DNA of 52,770 bases, filler included, from Squatina squatina (taxonomy: Eukaryota): assembly GCA_031763465.1 (NCBI GenBank). It is 3 parts of 3 records of this genome, joined end to end, with 100 filler letters (N's around TTAATTAATTAA, not from the genome) between each part and the next. Parts side by side here need not be neighbours in the genome. Positions count along the whole stretch, not along the records: positions 16,028 to 38,228 come from JARFOE010000004.1; positions 38,329 to 52,770 come from JARFOE010000051.1; 1 more part is not named here. One strand, written 5' to 3'. Shown here one piece after another: positions 25,384 to 38,610 of the stretch. The notes under the pieces were generated by a model that saw nothing but the letters and a program-made list of their open reading frames with translations, was not told the DNA's origin and did not search any database. Both the position numbers and the translations under genes were made by a program. Every line of letters starts with the position of its first letter. The stretch's first letter is position 1.

Positions 25384-25622
25384 TTTAACTACTGAATTAA
25401 GTCATTCAACTTCTTGTGACATTAAGATGCAATCCTGTTCATGCCATCCATTGCAGAGACTTCCCAGGCGATCTCCACCCACATTTGACTCACCATCTGG
25501 TGTGCCAGTCTTCGCCCCATTGACATAAACAAGAGTGTCCCCGAGCCTCCACTGATGTCACCAGCGTGTCCAGGCCTCGTTCAATGAAGCGCCTTCTGAG
25601 CCCGAGCTGCATCAACCATCAT
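25384..25622 (-). pseudogene. Decayed Myb/SANT-like DNA-binding ORF of a PIF/Harbinger transposon
   Basis: With two frameshifts it reads MMVDAARAQ/RRFIERGLDTLVTSVEAR/TLLFMSMGRRLAHQMVSQMWVEIAWEVSAMDGMNRIAS*CHKKLNDLI, then donor GTAAGT. Fits the RF...L..LV..V......LF....W..IA.EV......R...C.KK.NDL pattern of Harbinger Myb-like (NAIF1/MSANTD-type) proteins. Confidence 0.7.
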
Positions 25623-28600
25623 GCAGCTTGCAGATACCTCACGCTGCAGACCGTAAGGCTGCACAGTGGCTTTAAGGGCTGGAGTGGTATGGAAAGTGAT
25701 TGGCACCAAATACATAGCTCCTGGAATTGGTCAGGTTCAGAATGCTTTTCCCAATCAGTAAACCCTGTGAGCACTGCTTTTTGCTGGGTATTCCTGATCA
25801 GGGAACCAGCCTTACAGCTTAGAAGGAGGCCATTTGGCCCATCAGGCTTATGCTGCTAGCATTACAACTGGAGCCATTTATTTTAATCCCATTTCCTTGG
25901 CTTGGAATTACAATTACAGGGGCTGAAATTCCATGAGTGTTCCCCCACTGTTACTCCTGTAGGAAACTGGTGGAACCCCCAAGGAACCAGCTGAAACCTA
26001 GTTACAGCAGGTCTCTGCCATTTCCAGGAGTTTCCACATTGACTTGTAAGAGGTGAGACTTCCTTCCACTCCTGACAAGATAATTGATGGGCAGGGAGCG
26101 GGACAGGACTAGGGATACCTGCTTCTGATCCACAGTCTGGACCCGGCATTGTGGTGTTAGGCTCAGTGGCTCGAAGCATACAAACATTTACAAAGGCGTA
26201 TGCAGGTCCCACCAGTGGGGTCCAGGTCAGGCAAACAGCCAAGAGCACCCAATTCCCCCACCACCCCAAGATGTAAATATCCAAAAAAATCAACCAGATT
26301 GGCCCCTTTGCTCAGGCAGCCAAGGTGAACGTGGCCAGCGTTGGGGGGAGGCTGGGCCTGGACAAACCCTTCCCCCAACAACAAACCAAAGCCAAAGTGG
26401 GGCAGGCAGGACTAGAGATATACCAGTAATGGTGCTTGTGACCGCCTACGCACACATATGAGGTACACTCCCACACTGACCCTGCAAACTCAGGTGAGGC
26501 CAATCCTAGAGGGCACTGTCTGTAATCCTGGCATATTCACTGAAATCACAACCCAAGGAGTTTTGGAACCATGTTTTACATGGGAGACATAAAAAGCATG
26601 TTACGTGGTTTGCAGTATGTCCATATCATGGCAAGTTCTTAATATGCAACCCAAACAAACAACTACATTTGTTTAATGNNNNNNNNNNAGTAAGCAAATC
26701 AATCTATTGATGTTGTACTGGCTTCAAAACAAATTGATTCATACCCGACTGAAACTTGATTCAAATCCTGGCTTACTCTCTGCTGCAGTTTTCAGATGAA
26801 TCACAAAGCAAATCAGAGTGGACGCTTCATTTTCCACCTGCACTGTGGAGGGGGTTGCCTGCTTTTCCATGCATACATAAAATTGGTTTTCGTCTCTGAA
26901 TTATTATGCCGTTCACATGCACATATTGAGCTGACCACTCCAAATTGTGGACAATACTTTGTTAAGCACTGACTGATTATCATTAATTACACTTCCACTA
27001 AAGAGGTAGCTTATAAGTGTGAGTGACAAGCTCCAACTATAGTGCAGGCAGCAGACAGCTACCCATCTCAACTGCTCCCTTTATACTTTGTCAAGTAAGG
27101 CCCTTTTATTGTCACTTTTCATTTGCCAGCTAAGAAAATGAGCATAATTAGGAAGTAACAAAGCCTTTGCTCTCACACAGTTGTTTCCCTGAAATAAATA
27201 GTCAGACTGAAGAACTTTGCAATAAGTTGTCTGCAATTGTGTATGTCATTTTACAGTGACTGATCCAGCAACTTAATTTTGATTACTTTCCCCAGCTAAA
27301 AAGAGCTGTGAACCTTTGCCAATTATTTTTCAAGCAGGACGGCTGTACAGTGGGTATTGTACCTGCATATCCTACGCACAGCTGGCACGATTGGGACTTC
27401 CCAGGTCGGACTGTAATGTGATATTCTCAGCCTGGATTGGGCCTCCCTCTGAATAGCTTGGGGAATTTCCAGCATTGCTGTAGCTTTTAAAGGGGCCGAA
27501 GCAGTCATTCAAGAGGAAGGTTTATTTTTTTGGAAGTAAAAGTATTCTANNNNNNNNNNNNNNNNNNNNNNNNNNNNNNNNNNNNNNNNNNNNNNNNNNN
27601 NNNNNNNNNNNNNNNNNNNNNNNNNNNNNNNNNNNNNNNNNNNNNNNNNAGTTTGAGCGGAAACCTGAACCATGTCTTCATTTTGGGAAATTAGTGCAAT
27701 CTCAAGCACAATTTGCACCCAGATTGTCGATTGCTCCTAAAGCAGAAATTCCAACTTCCCTGCCTTATATCTTTCTTTATATATATTAATTTATTTATTG
27801 CTGTAACATCAATTCATGGACAAAGAATGGTGTGACAATTTAGGACAGCTGTTTTTCTATTCAGTTTCTTTTTTTTTACTCAGGAACATCTGTGTATTTC
27901 CCTTAAACAGGAAAATTTATTTATTCTACTTGTACATACTTTTACATAACATAAACTGGGTAAAAGGTAATAATTCACTCTTGTTTGATACTAAATGGCT
28001 CCCCTGTGTCTCACTGTCAGTCATCATACATATGTTCTGTATAAATGAACTGCATACCAGCCATAGCAAAGGACCAGATATGTAAGAGTAGGACAAGCTG
28101 TGTTTGTGATGGAGGAGCTGGTATTCATTTCACTACTGTTGTACTAAGCCTAGTTTAGTACAAAAATTGTTTAATGTTGTCTATCTCCTGTACAAATGTT
28201 GCCAGGTACCAAATGATTTGTTTAATCATTGTAGGTACAAAAATCATGTACAAGTGTCAGTTTTTATGCAACCTGTATACAGCAGGGGGAAATAAACAAA
28301 GTCAAAGTTTCACTCAGTGTTGATGCTTGGAACATTGACAATGAGTTATTTCATCAGGGCACAACCAGGAAGCCACAAAATAGCTTGTTCAGCAGCAGTG
28401 CTTCCTATTTTAACAAATCACAGTATCCCCGGGGTTAATGACCAAAGCGACCACAGGAATTGCATCCAAATGGTTACTATGGTTAAAAGATGCCAATCTT
28501 TTACGTTTAACTTACAGTATGTCATTCCTGACACCAATTTTATAGCTTCCTTTACAAACTGAAGTTGGAGCATTTAATACATGTGACAACAGCCGTCAAA

Positions 28601-29813
28601 TGTTTCTTGGCAGCAGTCATATATCCCACGGTGATGATATGCAGAGACCCTGCTGCTGGGTAACGTAGAGGAAACTCTAGCATTCTGCCTAAAAATGGAC
28701 ATTTCTCTCGCAGCAGAGAGCTAGGAAGTGAATAGCATCCAAGACACTAATGTTGTAAGCACGCATCATCACTGGATATAACTGATAGTAACTAAACTAA
28801 ATAAGCAAGGAATTATTGACTATTTGGAGCAACAAATGTTGTGCTNNNNNNNNNNNNNNNNNNNNNNNNNNNNNNNNNNNNNNNNNNNNNNNNNNNNNNN
28901 NNNNNNNNNNNNNNNNNNNNNNNNNNNNNNNNNNNNNNNNNNNNNGCCACTCTTGTCTCTTGTGATGTCTACATGGGGGAGAAGGGGCTCACCCTCAATT
29001 CTGATGGAATTTATCCGCATATGAAACAAATAAACAAGTCAACCTGAAATTCTGGCTTGCCTACCCAACCTGATTGCACGGCCACTGCATCCTCTACGCC
29101 AGACCCAAGAATTTAAGCTTTCTTTTTTTCCCTTCAAAAACAGACAAGAATGGAAACCACTTTTGGCCCAGCGTATTCCACTGTCACTACCATCACCAAA
29201 GGTAAGCATGACTGTTGTCTAATATCGAACAGAGGGGTGTGTGTATAGTGGAAAATTTAGCCATCTGATTAGTTTGAGAGGACCCACCAATTCCTGCTAA
29301 AGTCATATATAATAGAACACTAAATATCAAAAATGTAGAACGAGCACTGAAAGTATCTATGGAGGACCTGGTTCTCTGTTGAATTGGGCTCTTGACCAAA
29401 GTTAGTCAGCTCTACTGTTACCAGATTTTTTGTTAATACCCATAGCTTTAAAAAATGAACTATCCAACTCCCTAGCACTTTTCCAAGTGCACTCACTACT
29501 GAACCCAAATGTTATGATACACATTTAATTGGAGTGATGCAAACTGGAGCACTATGCAGTATAACTGGTCTAAATATTCAGCTGTCAGCTTTTGATTTAT
29601 TCAGTATTCCCTATTCCAGCCTGTAATGACATGACTACACTGTATAACCATGCTAAAACCCAAAGTTAGCCTTGGCACCAGAGTAGGCCACCCCTAGTTA
29701 CTCTTCAGTAGCATGATTTGCTGATGGCATATATCATTTGGTTAAAAATAATGAGACATTTATCTGGCATTACAGGTGTTGTGAGTGCACACCGTGCGAT
29801 CAATGACAACACA

Positions 29814-30172
29814 ATAAAGCTGGAATTAAAAAGCTAGTGACCAGGAAACTACCGGATTGTCGGAAAAACCCAACTGGTTCATTAATGTCCTTTAGAGAAG
29901 GAAATCTGCCATGCTTACCCGTTGTGGCCTATAAGTGACTCCAGACACGCAGCACTGTGGTTGACTCTTAATTGCCCTGTGAAATGGCCTAGCAAGCCAC
30001 CCAGTTGTACCAAACCTCTATGACAAAGTCAGCGCAGTGGGAGTACCTTCACCACACGGACTGCATTAGTTTAAGGCGGCGGCTCCCCACCACCTTCTCG
30101 CGGGCAATTAGGGATGGGCAATAAATGCTGGCCTTACCAGTGATGCCCACATCCCAGGAACTAATAAAAAAA
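29814..30172 (+). mobile_element. SINE, family 2 (possibly MetaSINE-like), 5'-truncated, with LINE-shared tail
   Basis: Core CTGGTTCATTAATGTCCTTTAGAGAAGGAAATCTGCC...GTGACTCCAGAC and tail GGGCAATTAGGGATGGGCAATAAATGCTGGCC...CCCACATCCC plus an A-run. Homologues at 45135-45470 and 48591-48951. Confidence 0.75.
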
Positions 30173-30990
30173 GTTAGAGAATTTTTTTTTTTGCATTAAA
30201 ATGCAGTGTACAATGTAAAATTCATCTGAATGCTGCTATAGAATGTGTAGCATCTCATGCAGAGCTGGCTTGATGTGGTGGCAGTTTCTGTGACAAATCA
30301 TCCTCAAAACCACAAAAGGCTTTGATGCCAAATGTATCCAGAGCACAAAGGATTTATTCCAACTACAGAGAAGCAGATTTCCTGTTCAGAGCAAGCGTTG
30401 CATTCATTCAGTGTGTGAGAATTGTCTTGCAGCTGTTCCCGGTTTAACTTGCTTGCTGGGCATCTTGTCAGTGGTCAAGGTCTCTCCAGAAGAACAACAG
30501 GAAAACCTCACACAAGGCAGGACCTTCAGTCATATCCTTTCAGAAGCTGGGGGGGGGAAATTATAATCTATCTTGCATGCCTATGCGCCTCATTAGACAC
30601 AGCCAGTAAGGTTGTATGTACTTATGAACTGCAGAACGGAAAACAAATATGTGTAACTTAAATCATTTGTGGTCTTAGATGTCAAGCTTTTCATTCATAG
30701 CTGGAGATAATCCAGATAATTGAAAACCTCATTTATTTTGAGTACAAGCAAATAGTTGAGTTAAATTTAAAAAAAATACTTTTTGTTGTGCTGTAGATAG
30801 GTAAGGAAATGTCTGGTGTGATGAAATAGAATGAACCATTCTAACTCTGTTTTCAGGGGTAGCTTCCAATCCCACTTGGCATCAATACAGNNNNNNNNNN
30901 NNNNNNNNNNNNNNNNNNNNNNNNNNNNNNNNNNNNNNNNNNNNNNNNNNNNNNNNNNNNNNNNNNNNNNNNNNNNNNNNNNNNNNNNNN

Positions 30991-31280
30991 GCCCCACCTG
31001 CCCTCACAGGTGGATGTAAAAGATGCCATGGCACTATTTCCAAGAAGAGCAGGGGATTTATCCCCCGTGTTCTAGCCAATCCCTCAAATCAACATCACTA
31101 AAACAGATTATCTGGTCATTATCATATTGCTGTTTGTGGGAGCTTGCTATGTGTAAATTGGCTGCCGCGTTTCCTACATTACAACAGTGACTACACTCCA
31201 AAAGTCCTTCATTGGCTGTAAAGCACTTCAGGGCATCCAGTGTTCGTGAAAGGTGCTAAATAACTGTAAGTCTTTCTTTC
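30991..31280 (+). mobile_element. Deu-domain SINE (SacSINE1-like), 3' part
   Basis: Matches the near-complete copy at 46679-47133 (ACAGATTATCTGGTCATTATCA..TTGCTGTTTGTGGGAGCTTGCT...). Confidence 0.8.
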
Positions 31281-32696
31281 TATTTTAAATCAGGTTACTC
31301 ACACCCTTACTTTTGCTGATAAACCCATTTTCAGCTGTATTAATAAAACTGCACCCAGTTACCACACATCAAGGAATACTTTTTAATGGAAAGAAAAGAA
31401 ACAATTATGTCTTATTATGTTGCCCAATTGCGCTAGTTCATGAAAGATTTTACGTTTGTGATTATGCAAATGAATTTTAACAGAAACTTGAGCTGTAACC
31501 TAACCAGCACAATTTCAAGCGGATTTGGGGTGCAATTTCCAGATTGTGCCCAAAGCTGAAACCCCACGTGGTTTTTCTTTTTCTTTATCAGGTTGAAGAC
31601 TTAATCTTGGAGCTAAGAGATGCATTCAAATTTACTGGGAAATCAGAAGCTCCCTTAAGTCCCCAGAAGTTTTGGGTTACTACAAACCCTCATGGTTTTG
31701 ATACAAATTATACTAGTAAAAAAGTAATAAATATATGTATATTAAAAGAAATGAAAGTCTCCGTATTTAAAAACAATCTTACTGAATAAATCAAGTCACG
31801 AAGGACAAGCATTCCAGCGATTCCTTCGGTGCAGAAAAACTTACTTGCAGCATGTTAATGGCATACAGCATCTCCTTCAAACACAGCTGAGAGAACTTGA
31901 AGCTGTTTCGTGTTCCATGAGTAGTGCTGCAACGTTACAAGGTGACCATGAAATAAACTATATATTCATTACAAAGTCAGAAAATGTACTAAACAAAGAC
32001 AAATACTTTTATTAATATCCAATGAATAAACTCCAAACGCAACATTATGCTATCCTGCAATATTTTTTTAGTTTGGCTCCACAATTGCTGCAGCACTACT
32101 TAAAAGGTTCAGTGGTTCCCATAATGTGAAGTAGGAAGGAGAAGGNNNNNNNNNNGAGAAGGGAAAGATAAAGAGGAAACGGAAAATAGAGAGTGTTTTC
32201 TTCTCCTTAAAGCTGGCATATGATTGACGTGCTCCGAGTTGTCATATGCTCCCCACTTAAAGCACGGTTGTACCATGAAGCAGCACAATGAAAAGTGAGC
32301 AAATGGCATTCACATCGTAAGGTACTTAGCTGAATTCTATTAAAGACGTTTTGGTGTGAAATTTGAGAACATATAACTCATAACCACTAAATGCAGTTTG
32401 CAGGATTGTCTATTTATAAATTTCTGTCCCTGTCTCAGGACTGTTGCCACCAGGTGTCTTTCTGAAGGCTAGCTTTGTCCGCTAGCATTAACTGTTATTC
32501 CCTCAGTGGGAATATGCGCTGATCTATTCTTCTGCAGAAGCTTTTGTTTCCAACCCCCTCGTCTCTTTGAATGGTTTCCATGACACCCAGGTNNNNNNNN
32601 NNNNNNNNNNNNNNNNNNNNNNNNNNNNNNNNNNNNNNNNNNNNNNNNNNNNNNNNNNNNNNNNNNNNNNNNNNNNNNNNNNNNNNNNNNNNTAAT

Positions 32697-33456
32697 GGCC
32701 CTGAAATTGCGATCTCCCCGGGTGGAAATGATGTTCCCACGCATCCGGGAAGATATCGCAAAAGCCGGTTATGGGGCTATTCATCGAAAGCCCGCATAAC
32801 CGGCATTTGCGATCTGTCCAGAAACTTCTGGACAGATCCAACACCGAGGCTGCGGAGACCATCCCCAGCACTGAGCTTTGCGAGATTTTTGCAAAACTTT
32901 CGCTGGAGATCTCTTCAAATTTTTAACGCCTGTAAAACCTAGCATATCTGCTTGGTTTTACCATTGTAAGAAATGTTAAGAAATTTTAAATCAAAAAAAT
33001 TAATGGGTCATTACTTTAAAACCATTCCCAGGAAGGTAAGTATGTTTTTAAACGTTTTAAAAGATTTTTTTTTCATTTCAAAAACATTTTTTTGTGTTAT
33101 TTTTCTCCTTTTTATTAAATTTTAATGTTAGAATAGTTTTAAAAGTGTTTTGGGACGTGTTTGTGTTGTTTTTCATCTTTTTTTGAAGTTTTGACAATTC
33201 TTGACAGATCGCTGAGAATTGTCAAAGGTTCAATAAAAGATACACCTACCTGATTGGCTGCGAACTCCCATGTGACCTCTCCAGCCTCTTCATTCGATTT
33301 GCCCGGGAAATTAAAGAGCCCCGCTCTGAATCTCCAACTCAGTGGGGCTGAATATCGCAAACTCCCGTGGATCCAGGACCCTTAGGTAAGTACGTAGTGT
33401 AAATTGCAATCAAAGGCATCCGTACGCAGGAAACCTCCGATCGCAATTTGAGGGCC
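32697..33456. mobile_element. Full-length 760-bp non-autonomous DNA transposon with 18-bp TIRs
   Basis: GGCCCTGAAATTGCGATC (32697-32714) versus GATCGCAATTTGAGGGCC (33439-33456), one mismatch, with AT on both flanks. Second copy at 50067-50551. Confidence 0.85.
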
Positions 33457-35988
33457 ATTCTTACAGCAGAAAGTAACTAACATGGAAAAGTGGTGTGTAT
33501 AAGAAAGTCATACAGAAATGCAAAGTTTTAGCTAAGCATAAGTTGCTCCATAAAGGTGTGATCATTGGCCTGTGTTTGCTCATGATTGCCAAGCTTGTTT
33601 TGTTACAGAAGAGAGAACATACACCCCAAGGTATTATTTTCAATACAGGATTGCATTTTTGTAGTAATGTTGTTGCAGGATTTGAGGATTTTCCTTATCC
33701 ACTAGATGTTATTTCTACTGTAATCTAAGATTTAGCATTGATTGGAATTTTTCTTTAAACACTAATACAGATTATTTTTGAAATGGTTTGTGGGCCTAAA
33801 GATATAAAATTATGCACTGTTGTATATTGGATGCCCTCCCAAAGCTTACTGATCGTTGAATATTCTCTTTAGAGATTTCTTTATTCGCTGTGCTAGGATT
33901 GATTTTTACCTGATTTTAATGGGCAATGCTGCACACTGACTGTCGGCTATAAATTTAGATTGACTTAAATTAATCCACTCTGCTTTTGGTTCAATAATGG
34001 ATGGATTCAGACTCACACACTGTGCTGAAAAGCAACTGATTTGGTGTTAATTTTCCATCAGTTCAGTTACTCTTTGAGAAATCCATTGGGAATCCGACAC
34101 CAAAATAACTTAAACAGTACACCAAACAATGCTGTCCACTAGAACAACCATGTTGGATTAGTCCTGGTATTGAATTTCATCTGACTCAGTTAGTTATCTA
34201 AAGCAGCAATATCCTCCATATATGCCAGGTCCCGGCCTACCCCTATACCTTGAAACTCACCACTTTTGGTGCCTCCACTTCCTATTGCATATATGCCAAC
34301 TTAGACAATTAGCCAACAGCTTCAAAGAAGATAACTGAAAAGCAGCTCTNNNNNNNNNNNNNNNNNNNNNNNNNNNNNNNNNNNNNNNNNNNNNNNNNNN
34401 NNNNNNNNNNNNNNNNNNNNNNNNNNNNNNNNNNNNNNNNNNNNNNNNNTATAATGTGGATAAATGCTCCTATTTTCTATGTTTCTATGTTACACTAGAA
34501 CCAGGAATAATCTGTACTGGAGCAAAGTCAATTGCCCCCATCAGGTTTTTGGTTCAAGCCTGTTTAACATCTGTAGAGTAAGCTGCAAATTGATTCATAG
34601 TACTGCATGATAAATGCCTCAAAACTGCAGAGGTTCACACAATTAGTCTCACAATTTATTGATGCACAGATGATCTCCTAACATTTTTTCCTAATGGGCA
34701 AATAAATAAATAAGGTAACCTTGATAATTCTTTACTCTGGGCCTGCTTAATGTGCTCAGCGTCTGGCTTGTGAGCAGCATGAAATGGAACAGCTCAAGAA
34801 CCCACCATAGGCGATTAAAGCACTACAGCTACCACTTGGAGTTTAATTTGGTAATTGTACAATAAGACCACGCTCTTGTGACAGGAGTCCACTTAATTCA
34901 AAAGTCAGCATGCTGAATATATTGTGCATAAATCAAACCATAAACTATCTAAATCATGTTGAAATCCTCTTGGGTCTTCCACTAAATCTGATTTTATTTC
35001 CATTCTGAAATCCCTCACTGATCCAGCAGTTTAAATGTTTTGGAATGGTCTTGTGATCTGAGATATTTCAGCTAGTTTGAATCAGCCAGTCGGAATTGTT
35101 AGTATTCCACTCAAGTGTCATCCTTATCGGAAAAGCTTTGATGCCCATAATCTATATTGTAAAGATATTTTCCATAAAATTCCAGTCTTTGAGGAACGTT
35201 TCTACCATTACGTGCACAACTGGAATGGGAGGCTTTCATCTTTGTATCATTCAACAGTAATCTCCAAGTGGCAAACAAATGTCTTGATAAAACGTTAGCA
35301 AAACTCAAAAGCAGAGGAGATAATGTGGAATGGCTGATTACCACTACAGACATGTTTTTAATAAGTTCCAGTGCTTTATCTCAGTCACCTATCTGTTGTA
35401 ATGCTGGATTAAATGCCGCGTGTAAATATGAGAGTTTAATCCCAGTATATATTAACATCATTTGCCTGGAATACTCTCTAAATGCAATGCTCTGCAAGCA
35501 GTCATCTTTTCTCTTAGAGTATTTAACTGAGATGTAAGCTCTGATTTCTAAGTCTGGAAATATTTGGGCTGCATTTACCTTGGTATGGGTGCACCTATGC
35601 TTGAAGTGAGTGTGTTGAGCTTGTGGAATTTTGTGAGGCAAGCCCCTCCCCATACTTTGAAATAGGTCCATGCACATGAAAGAGTTACACTAGACTGTCA
35701 GACCAGTAACACCCTAAGTTGGAAGCCAGAAAGCCTTGCTCGGCAGAGCGCTTAAACGGCTACTTTGGGCCCATGAAGGGGAGAGAATTTCTTTTTATGC
35801 TGGAAAGAAAACTATAGTTGGCACAAGTGGCTAAAAGGAGACATGTGAGCAAAACTCCTGCCTTCAATGGCGATGCCTTATAGGTCCTNNNNNNNNNNNN
35901 NNNNNNNNNNNNNNNNNNNNNNNNNNNNNNNNNNNNNNNNNNNNNNNNNNNNNNNNNNNNNNNNNNNNNNNNNNNNNNNNNNNNNNNN

Positions 35989-36270
35989 CCTGGATCATTT
36001 TGTCTCAGGAAATAGATTTAAAAGCTTATTTAGTTTCATTAGTACACATAAAGAGTAGTAGAGATTTGGAACTCTCTTCCCCAAAAGGCTGTGGGTGCTG
36101 GGGTCAATTGGAGATTTTGTGATCGCGGATGATTTTTGTTAGGTAAGCGTATCAAGGCATAGGGAACATAGGTGGGAAATATCGAGTTGAAGTATAGACC
36201 AGCCATGATCTAATTGAATGGGGAAGCAGGTCTGAGGGGATGAAAGTCCTACTCCTGTTCCTATGTTCAT
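35989..36270 (+). mobile_element. CR1 LINE 3' end
   Basis: RVVEIWNSLPQKAV-like remnant and tail ...CCTACTCCTGTTCCTATGTTC. Confidence 0.7.
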
Positions 36271-36989
36271 GTCGAAGGACAATTCATATTAGTTACGTAC
36301 CTATTTGGTTAGAAAGGCATACGGCTCTCCATCATGTTTATGAATATCAGTCCGTTCAAAGGCCACCTTTTCTCAATTTGCTGGGCTTAATGGATCTTCA
36401 GTTTTGGTCCTTGTAAAAGGTCATAATTAATGGACTGAAAGTTTACTAATTACCCATCAGTAAAGCTCTGCTTTGGGGTATGAGCACTGAGAGACTCACA
36501 CTGAACGTGACAGAATTAATCCTCAATGCTTGTTGTGAAGTGACAGACAGCTCCACTTGTAACAAGAGTGTCAAAATTATCTCTCCCACTGCTTCTTCAC
36601 AAAAGTGATGGTTGACTGAGTTTAATAAATGAAAAGTTTGTCTAGTACATTGGGGGTGCCAGGTTTAAGCAACAGAGCACATTCTGATAAGCAATGTGCC
36701 GTGTAATTATCTTTTGGGCCGCGCGGCCCCTTTAATGGCTGCATGACCGATTCAAAATTCTGTGCGTGCGCTTTTTTTTCCAATTCAGAAGCCGGCTCAC
36801 CAGCTGCGCAAGATCCCTAGAGCACTGCGCGGCCAAAGGGAACATTCCTGAGAAGTATCTGGCAAGGCTGGGGCAATGAAGTCTCTAGCTAAATGCGAGG
36901 AGCTCCCCTTCCCACTATGTACTGATTCTCGCACCAGGGAAGTGCTAACCTCCCATCAACAGACTTTTTGTTGGCTGGGCCACTGGACG

Positions 36990-37325
36990 TTCGTTTCTGG
37001 CTGACACTCCCAGTACATTACTGAGGGAGTGCTGCACTGTCGCGGGTGCCTTTCGGATGAGACGTTAAACTGAGACCTCGTCTGCCCTCTCAGGTTGATG
37101 TAAATAATCCCACGACGAAGAAGAGCAGAAAAGTTCTCCCCAATGTACTGGTCAGATGATCTGGACATTATCACATTGCCGTTTGTAGAACCTTGTTGTG
37201 TGCAAACTGGCTGCTAATTCTTCAGTACAACAGTGACTACACTCCAAAAGTACTTCTTTGCCTGTAAAGTGCTTTGGGAAGACTTGAGTTCATGAAAGGC
37301 ATTGTATAAATGTAAGTCTTTCTTT
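36990..37325 (+). mobile_element. Deu-domain SINE (SacSINE1-like), with internal deletions
   Basis: Deu core GCTGCACTGTCGCGGGTGCCTTTCGGATGAGACGTTAAAC and L2-type tail TGAAAGGCATTGTATAAATGTAAGTCTTTCT. Confidence 0.8.
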
Positions 37326-38272
37326 TTGCTTTTTCAACATCAAACCAGACGGTCTAAACAAATGTAATTTCTTTTGGTAAACTTCTCCAGATTCATACAT
37401 GCTCTGAAACCGAACACATATGTAATTGATTCCCTTGAAATGCTTTGATGAAAGTTCTCATGTCTATGAGTTATTATTGAACACATTTTCCATCTGAAGT
37501 GAAAATGGAATTTTAATATCTACCACTTCAGAATTTCTCAGTCTGGTGGTTCAGTTCTTATAGCTAACTTGTGGCCTTTTTGGAATCAGTTTTCAAAGAG
37601 CTATCTTTGTGATCTGAACTGACCAGGAAATAATGATCACTATTAAGTAGCACTGGAATTCATGGTATGTCCTTGAAAATGATACAAATTGTAGACAGTT
37701 TAACAAAAAGAGATAAAGAGAGCTTTGCACTTCAATAAAAGTCTTGAAAGGGTTGGTACCCAATGGTCTCGCACAATGTGATCTCATTCACAGATCACAG
37801 TACAAGTACGAATTCTACTGTAATCACATACACTTGCTTTGATTCTAGTAGTGATCATGTTGCTAATAGAAACATACCAGTTAAAATACTTTAAATAAAT
37901 GCAAACCACAAGCTTAGAATTCAGTCATTCTGCTGTGAGATTTATCTTTACATTGACTTTAACTTAAGCTTATGTCGAAAGTTAGCTAACAATAATGTCT
38001 GTATTTCATCATACAAGTTGCATGGAAAAATTACTTTTTCTTAGACCAGGAGTTGCCTGGCCTAAATGTAATCATTGCAGTAATTAATTGATTATCAGTT
38101 CCATGTCACACATCTGAAACTGGTAAGCAAAGATTTAATCCTTCCCTAAAAGTAGTCCAAAGTTAATTAAAAACAAGGTAAGTCCATTTTGTTTTACATA
38201 GAATTTACAGCACAGAAGCAAGCCACTTNNNNNNNNNNNNNNNNNNNNNNNNNNNNNNNNNNNNNNNNNNNN

Positions 38273-38284
38273 TTAATTAATTAA
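38273..38284. other. Artificial scaffold linker TTAATTAATTAA
   Basis: 44 N + 12 nt + 44 N = 100 (38229-38328), identical to the linker at 15972. Confidence 0.92.
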
Positions 38285-38504
38285 NNNNNNNNNNNNNNNN
38301 NNNNNNNNNNNNNNNNNNNNNNNNNNNNCTATTTGGAAAGCAAAAAAACTCATTACCCAATTGGATGATTCTTGATTGTTACTCAAACAGACTTCTTTCC
38401 CATCTCCAACATTTTTCTGGCTAACAAACAGAAGTGTTCAAAGAAAATGAAAAAAAAAAATCACTTTTCTTAGTGCCCAATGATTTTTCTTCAGGGTTTC
38501 CCAC

Positions 38505-38573
38505 AGCATTTCCTGGAGAATAATCTTCAATTCCTGGAGACTCCAAGCCCATCCTGGAGGCTTGGCAACCCTA
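38505..38573. mobile_element. hAT-Blackjack-like element terminal fragment
   Basis: Repeated TCCTGGAG motifs ending in TTGGCAACCCTA, a TAGGGTTGCCA-type TIR. Confidence 0.45.
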
Positions 38574-38610
38574 GTCACACTCTTACCACCCATCTCTCTG
38601 AGAAAGATAC

